Positions 59,623 through 64,000 of a DNA stretch of 64,000 nucleotides are shown here, one piece after another. Both the position numbers and the translations under genes were made by a program. Position 1 is the first letter of the stretch. Every line of letters starts with the position of its first letter. Under the pieces are notes generated by a model, which did no database searches, had not been told where the DNA came from, and was given only the letters and a program-made list of their open reading frames with translations. The stretch spans positions 1,856,001 through 1,920,000 of the forward strand of contig CAWJMB010000002.1 of assembly GCA_963843845.1 (NCBI GenBank), given 5' to 3'. The DNA is from an uncultured Gemmatimonadaceae bacterium. Its GTDB lineage: Bacteria; Gemmatimonadota; Gemmatimonadetes; Gemmatimonadales; Gemmatimonadaceae.

Positions 59623-62030
59623 CGCAGTCTCGCATCACGCAGTCCCAGCTCTTCGACGACCCGCGCGCCGTCGCCGCGCGCCGCGATCCGTTAGGCGGCC
59701 TCAACCCCTCGCAGCGCGAGGCCGTGCTCCACGTGGATGGGCCCGCGCTGGTGCTGGCGGGGGCCGGCTCCGGCAAGACGCGCGTGCTGACGACGCGCAT
59801 CGCGCGGCTGATCGAGGAGCACAAGGTCGATCCGTCGCGCATCCTCGCGGTCACGTTCACGAACAAGGCCGCCGGCGAGATGCGCGAGCGCATCGGGCGA
59901 CTGCTCGGCTTCGCGCCCGTCGGGATGTGGGTGGGCACGTTCCACGCGATCGGCGCCCGCCTGCTCCGCGCCCAGGCGCACCTCGTCGGTCGCGACGCGC
60001 GGTTCACGATCTACGACGAGGACGACACGATCGGCGCGCTGAAGCGCCTCTTCGAACGTCACAAGATCTCCCCGAAAGACACCTCGCCGAAGGCTGTCCT
60101 GTCCGCGATCAGCGAGGCGAAGAACCAGCTCGTGCCGCCGTCGGAGTTCGAGGCGCTGGCGAAGGATCCGTTCACCCGCGTCGTCTCGCTGATCTTCAAG
60201 GATCTCGAACCCGCGATGCGACAGGCGAACGCGGCGAGCTTCGACGACCTGCTGGTGCTGCCGGTCGAGATTCTCCGCGCGAATCCGCACGTGCTCGAGA
60301 ACTATCGACGTCGCTTCGATTACATCCTCGTCGACGAGTATCAGGATACGAACCGCGCGCAGTTCGAGTTCGTGCGGCTGTTGGCCGGCGAGCGCGGGAA
60401 CGTGATGGTCGTCGGTGACGAGGATCAGTCGGTCTACGGCTGGCGGGGAGCGGACATCCGCAACATCCTCGATTTCGAGAAGACCTGGCCGACCGCGCGC
60501 ACGATCCGTCTCGAGGAGAACTACCGCTCGACCCCCAACGTGCTCGAGCTCGCGAACGTCGTCATCGCGGAGAACACCCAGCGGCTCGGCAAGACGCTGC
60601 GCGCGACCCGGCCGGCGGGAGAGCGGGTGACGCTCGTCGGCGCGCTCGACGATCGCGACGAGGCCGACTTCGTCGTCGAGGAGATCGGGACTCGGCGGAG
60701 CAGCGAACATCGGGTGCTCCGCGACTTCGCGATCCTCTATCGGACGAATGCGCAGAGCCGTTCGCTGGAAGAGGCGCTCCGCCGCCGCGCGTTTCCATAC
60801 CGACTCGTCGGCGCGGTGCGGTTCTACGACCGCCGCGAGATCCGCGACCTCATGGCGTACCTCAAGCTCGTCGCGAATCCCGCGGACAGCGAGGCGTTTC
60901 GTCGCGTCGTGAACGTGCCGAAGCGTGGCATCGGCGATACGTCGGTCGACATGCTCGCCGCCATCGCGGAGCGCGACCGGATCCCGATGCTCGAAGCGGC
61001 TCGGCGTCCGGAGTGCATCGACGGGCTTCGGCCAGCGGCTCGCGCGTCGCTCGCGGAGTTCGTGGCGCTCGTCGATCGGCTGCGCGCGCGCGCGCCGGAG
61101 CAGAGCGTCGACGAACTGCTGCGCACGCTCATCGAGGCGATCAAGTACGGCGAGCACCTGAAGGCCGAGGGCCCGGACTGGAAGGAGCGCACCGAGAACG
61201 TACAGGCGCTCGTCGACGGCGCGGCCGAGACCGTGGCGGACGACGGGGGCGAGGTCGGACTCACGCCGCTCGACCATTTCCTGCAGAAGGCGACGCTGGT
61301 CGCCGGCGTCGACGCGCTCGATCCGAACGCCGACGCGATCACGCTGATGACGATGCACAACGCGAAGGGGCTCGAGTTTCCGGTCGTGTTCATCACCGGA
61401 CTCGAAGACGGCCTCTTCCCGCTCGCGCGTGCGTACGACGATCCGGCGCAGCTCGAGGAAGAACGCCGCTTGTTCTACGTCGGCATCACGCGCGCGGAGG
61501 AGAAGCTGTTCCTGGTGCACGCCGAGCAGCGGCTGCGGAACGGCGAGGTGATGCGGTCACGTCCGTCCGGCTTCCTCGACAATCTCGCGCCCGCGATGTT
61601 CGAGCGCCGGATGACGGTCAAGGCACGCAGCTCGGGGCGCGCGTTCATGGCCGAATTCGGCGGCGGCGGCTCCGGCAGCGGGCGGCAGCGCGACCGTGAC
61701 GGCGGCGCGCGATGGGGACACCGCGGCGCGCGCGACGTGGACACCTTCGAGTGGGGCGACAGCGCCGCGACCCGGCGCCCTGGCACGCCGGTCGCGTCCC
61801 CGAGTACGGGGCGCAAGTCGTCGCCGCCCGACCCGGTCGACGAGTCGCAGGACGCCGCGATCCTGACCGTGGGCGCGCGCGTGAAGCACCGCAAGTTCGG
61901 CGCGGGAAAGATCGCCGAGCTGTCGGGCTCGGGGCGCGACGCGAAGGTGCGCATCGACTTCGACGACGAGACCGTGGGGAGGAAGACGCTCGTCGTCGCG
62001 CAGGCCAACCTCGAACGAGAATGGGAGTGA
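59619..62030 (+). CDS. pcrA: ATP-dependent DNA helicase PcrA/UvrD
   Basis: AGAGSGKT, DEYQDTN, VGDEDQSVYGWRGA, NYRS, HNAKGLEF, EERRLFYVGITRA, C-terminal Tudor-like domain. Confidence 0.95.
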
Positions 62031-62033
62031 CGC

Positions 62034-62363
62034 GTGGCCGTCTCGGAGCGCGACGTTAGGCACATCGCGGAGCTGGGGCGCCTCGCGCTTCCTGCCGAAC
62101 GCGTGCCGTCGCTCGTCGCGGAGCTCAATGGTATCCTCCGGCACATGGACGTGCTCGCGAAGACCAGCACCGACGGTGTGGACCCGGTGTTGGGTGTCGG
62201 GGCCGGAGGGATGCGACTGCGCGCGGACGACGGCGATCCCTACCACCTGGGCGTCGCACGCGACACGTTCGCGCCCGAGATGCGCGCGGGGTTCTTTCTC
62301 GTGCCGCGCCTCGCGTCGCACGCCGCCGGCAGCGCGGCGCCGCGCGAGGAGGCGGTGTCGTGA
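62034..62363 (+). CDS. gatC: Asp/Glu-tRNA amidotransferase subunit C
   Basis: DVRHIAELGRL, LRADD, FFLVPR; precedes gatA. Confidence 0.88.
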   Translation: MAVSERDVRHIAELGRLALPAERVPSLVAELNGILRHMDVLAKTSTDGVDPVLGVGAGGMRLRADDGDPYHLGVARDTFAPEMRAGFFLVPRLASHAAGSAAPREEAVS

Positions 62364-63832
62364 TGCAGTCGAACGTCGTCACCAACGCTGCCGCGAGCAT
62401 CGCCACCGATGTCGCGAGCGGGCGCCGGTCCGCGACGGAGGTCGTCGCCGCGAGCGTCGGCCCGACGGCCGACGCACTGCGAGATCCCACCGAACTGAAC
62501 GCACTGCTCTGGTGCGACCCCGGGGCGGCCCTCGCGGCAGCCGACGCGTTCGATCGACGCGAGGACTCGCTGGTCGCGCGGCCGCTCGCCGGCGTGCCCG
62601 TCGCCGTGAAGGACAACCTCGCGACGTTAGGCACGCCGACGACGTGCGGCTCGCGCATCCTCGAAGGCTACGTGAGCCCGTACGAGGCAACCTCCGTCGC
62701 CCGGCTGCGCGCCGCTGGCGCGATCGTGGTGGCGAAGACGAACATGGACGAGTTCGGGATGGGATCGTCGACCGAGCACAGTGCCTACGGCGCGGCGCGC
62801 AACCCGTTCGACCGCACGCGCGTTCCCGGCGGCTCGTCGGGCGGCTCCGCCATCGCCGTCGCGACCGGGATGACCCCGATCGCGTTGGGTTCCGAGACCG
62901 GTGGCTCGGTGCGGCAGCCGGCGGCGTTCTGCGGCGTCGTCGGCGTGAAGCCCACCTACGGGCGCGTCAGCCGCTACGGGCTCGTCGCGTTCGCCTCGTC
63001 GCTCGATCACGTCGGCGTGTTCGGCCGCACCGTCGACGACGCGGCGCTGGGCCTCGAGGTGATTGCCGGGCTGGACCCGCTCGACGCGACCTCGGCGGAC
63101 GTGTCGGTCCCTGCGTATCGGGGCGCGGGCGCGTACAACGCCGACGGGCTGCCGCTGCGGGGAGTGCGCATCGGACGGCCGAGAGAGTACTTCCCCGACG
63201 CTCTCGATGGCCGCATCCGTGACCGGATCGACGCCGCCGCCGAGCAGCTGCGTGTGGCGGGCGCCGAGATCGTCGACGTCTCGCTGCCGCACACGTCGCT
63301 CGCCGTCCCGGTCTACTACGTGCTCGCCCCCGCCGAAGCGTCGAGCAACCTCGCACGGTTCGACGGCGTGCGATTCGGTCGACGCGAGCCGGCCGGCGAC
63401 GTGACCGCGATGTACGAGCGGACCCGCTCGTCCGGCTTCGGTGCCGAGGTCACGCGGCGCATCCTGATCGGCACGTACGTGCTCTCGGCCGGCTACTACG
63501 ACGCGTACTACAGACGCGCGCAGGAGGTCCGGGCGCTCATCGCGCGCGATTTCGAGCATGCGTTCGGCGCGGTCGACGTCCTGCTCACGCCCACGACGCC
63601 GACGGTCGCGTTCCCGCTCGGCTCCGTGACCGATCCATACGAGATGTACCTGAACGACATCTTCACCGTGACCGCGAACCTCGCGGGGGTGCCGGCGATG
63701 AGTCTCCCTGTCGGCCGCGTCGACGGACTGCCGGTCGGTGCCCAGCTCATGGCGCCGCACTTCGGCGAGACCATGATGTTTCGCACCGCCTACGCGCTCG
63801 AGCGCGCGCTCGGCGAGGCCGCGCACCGATGA
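62360..63832 (+). CDS. gatA: Asp/Glu-tRNA amidotransferase subunit A
   Basis: [58 protein letters not shown]. Confidence 0.95.
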   Translation: MMQSNVVTNAAASIATDVASGRRSATEVVAASVGPTADALRDPTELNALLWCDPGAALAAADAFDRREDSLVARPLAGVPVAVKDNLATLGTPTTCGSRILEGYVSPYEATSVARLRAAGAIVVAKTNMDEFGMGSSTEHSAYGAARNPFDRTRVPGGSSGGSAIAVATGMTPIALGSETGGSVRQPAAFCGVVGVKPTYGRVSRYGLVAFASSLDHVGVFGRTVDDAALGLEVIAGLDPLDATSADVSVPAYRGAGAYNADGLPLRGVRIGRPREYFPDALDGRIRDRIDAAAEQLRVAGAEIVDVSLPHTSLAVPVYYVLAPAEASSNLARFDGVRFGRREPAGDVTAMYERTRSSGFGAEVTRRILIGTYVLSAGYYDAYYRRAQEVRALIARDFEHAFGAVDVLLTPTTPTVAFPLGSVTDPYEMYLNDIFTVTANLAGVPAMSLPVGRVDGLPVGAQLMAPHFGETMMFRTAYALERALGEAAHR

Positions 63833-64000
63833 CGGCAGCACGCGCCTCCCAGCGCGGACGCGTCGAGCGCCGCCGCAGCTCGAACGATCGGTACGAGATG
63901 GTCGTCGGGCTCGAGGTGCACGTGCAGCTCGCGACACGCACCAAGATCTTCTGCAACTGCTCGACATCCTTCGGCGCCGAGCCGAACGCGAACACCTGCC
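63829..64000 (+). CDS. gatB: Asp/Glu-tRNA amidotransferase subunit B (5' part; truncated by window end)
   Basis: In frame from ATG 63829: [36 protein letters not shown]. Confidence 0.92.
   Translation, partial: MTAARASQRGRVERRRSSNDRYEMVVGLEVHVQLATRTKIFCNCSTSFGAEPNANTC

Overview
High-GC (roughly 70% or more, judged by eye) bacterial chromosome segment made almost entirely of densely packed housekeeping genes. Gene content and order resemble Gemmatimonadota (inference). Order: fbp, split methylmalonyl-CoA mutase, FmdB-argS, pfkB-purM-beta-barrel-ribD/E/BA/H-nusB-GT4-hprK-mannose-family PTS (IIA/B/C/D, HPr, EI)-metK, DUF151, recO, a stand-alone T9SS-CTD/FlgD-like secreted protein, clpB, tadA, two tRNA-Ser, pyrRBC, rpsT, site-2 protease-scpAB-rluB, a MoxR/DUF58/Bat cluster, mutL-miaA-bshA-uppP-birA, an ECF sigma with a CBM48-type anti-sigma, CIRCE-groESL, a minus-strand roadblock/response regulator/manC/GlmU-like/MBL operon, lipoprotein-serS-histidine kinase-pcrA-gatCAB. 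I found no mobile element, prophage or CRISPR array. Many essential genes carry single-base frameshifts, clustered at about 27.3-32.9 kb and 54.7-59.0 kb; these are best explained as long-read assembly indels. The most unusual signals are non-coding: (1) a recurrent YGTTAGGC DNA motif, 12 copies, present in several reading frames and on both strands despite needing rare codons; (2) -10 boxes exactly 6 nt before the start codons of mcm, recO, mutL and pcrA, suggesting leaderless mRNAs; (3) a sigma54-type promoter at clpB versus CIRCE at groESL; (4) a sigmaW-type promoter on a PspB-like membrane gene; (5) a structured 200-300 nt intergenic segment after recO. All calls come from reading the sequence by eye; no searches were run.
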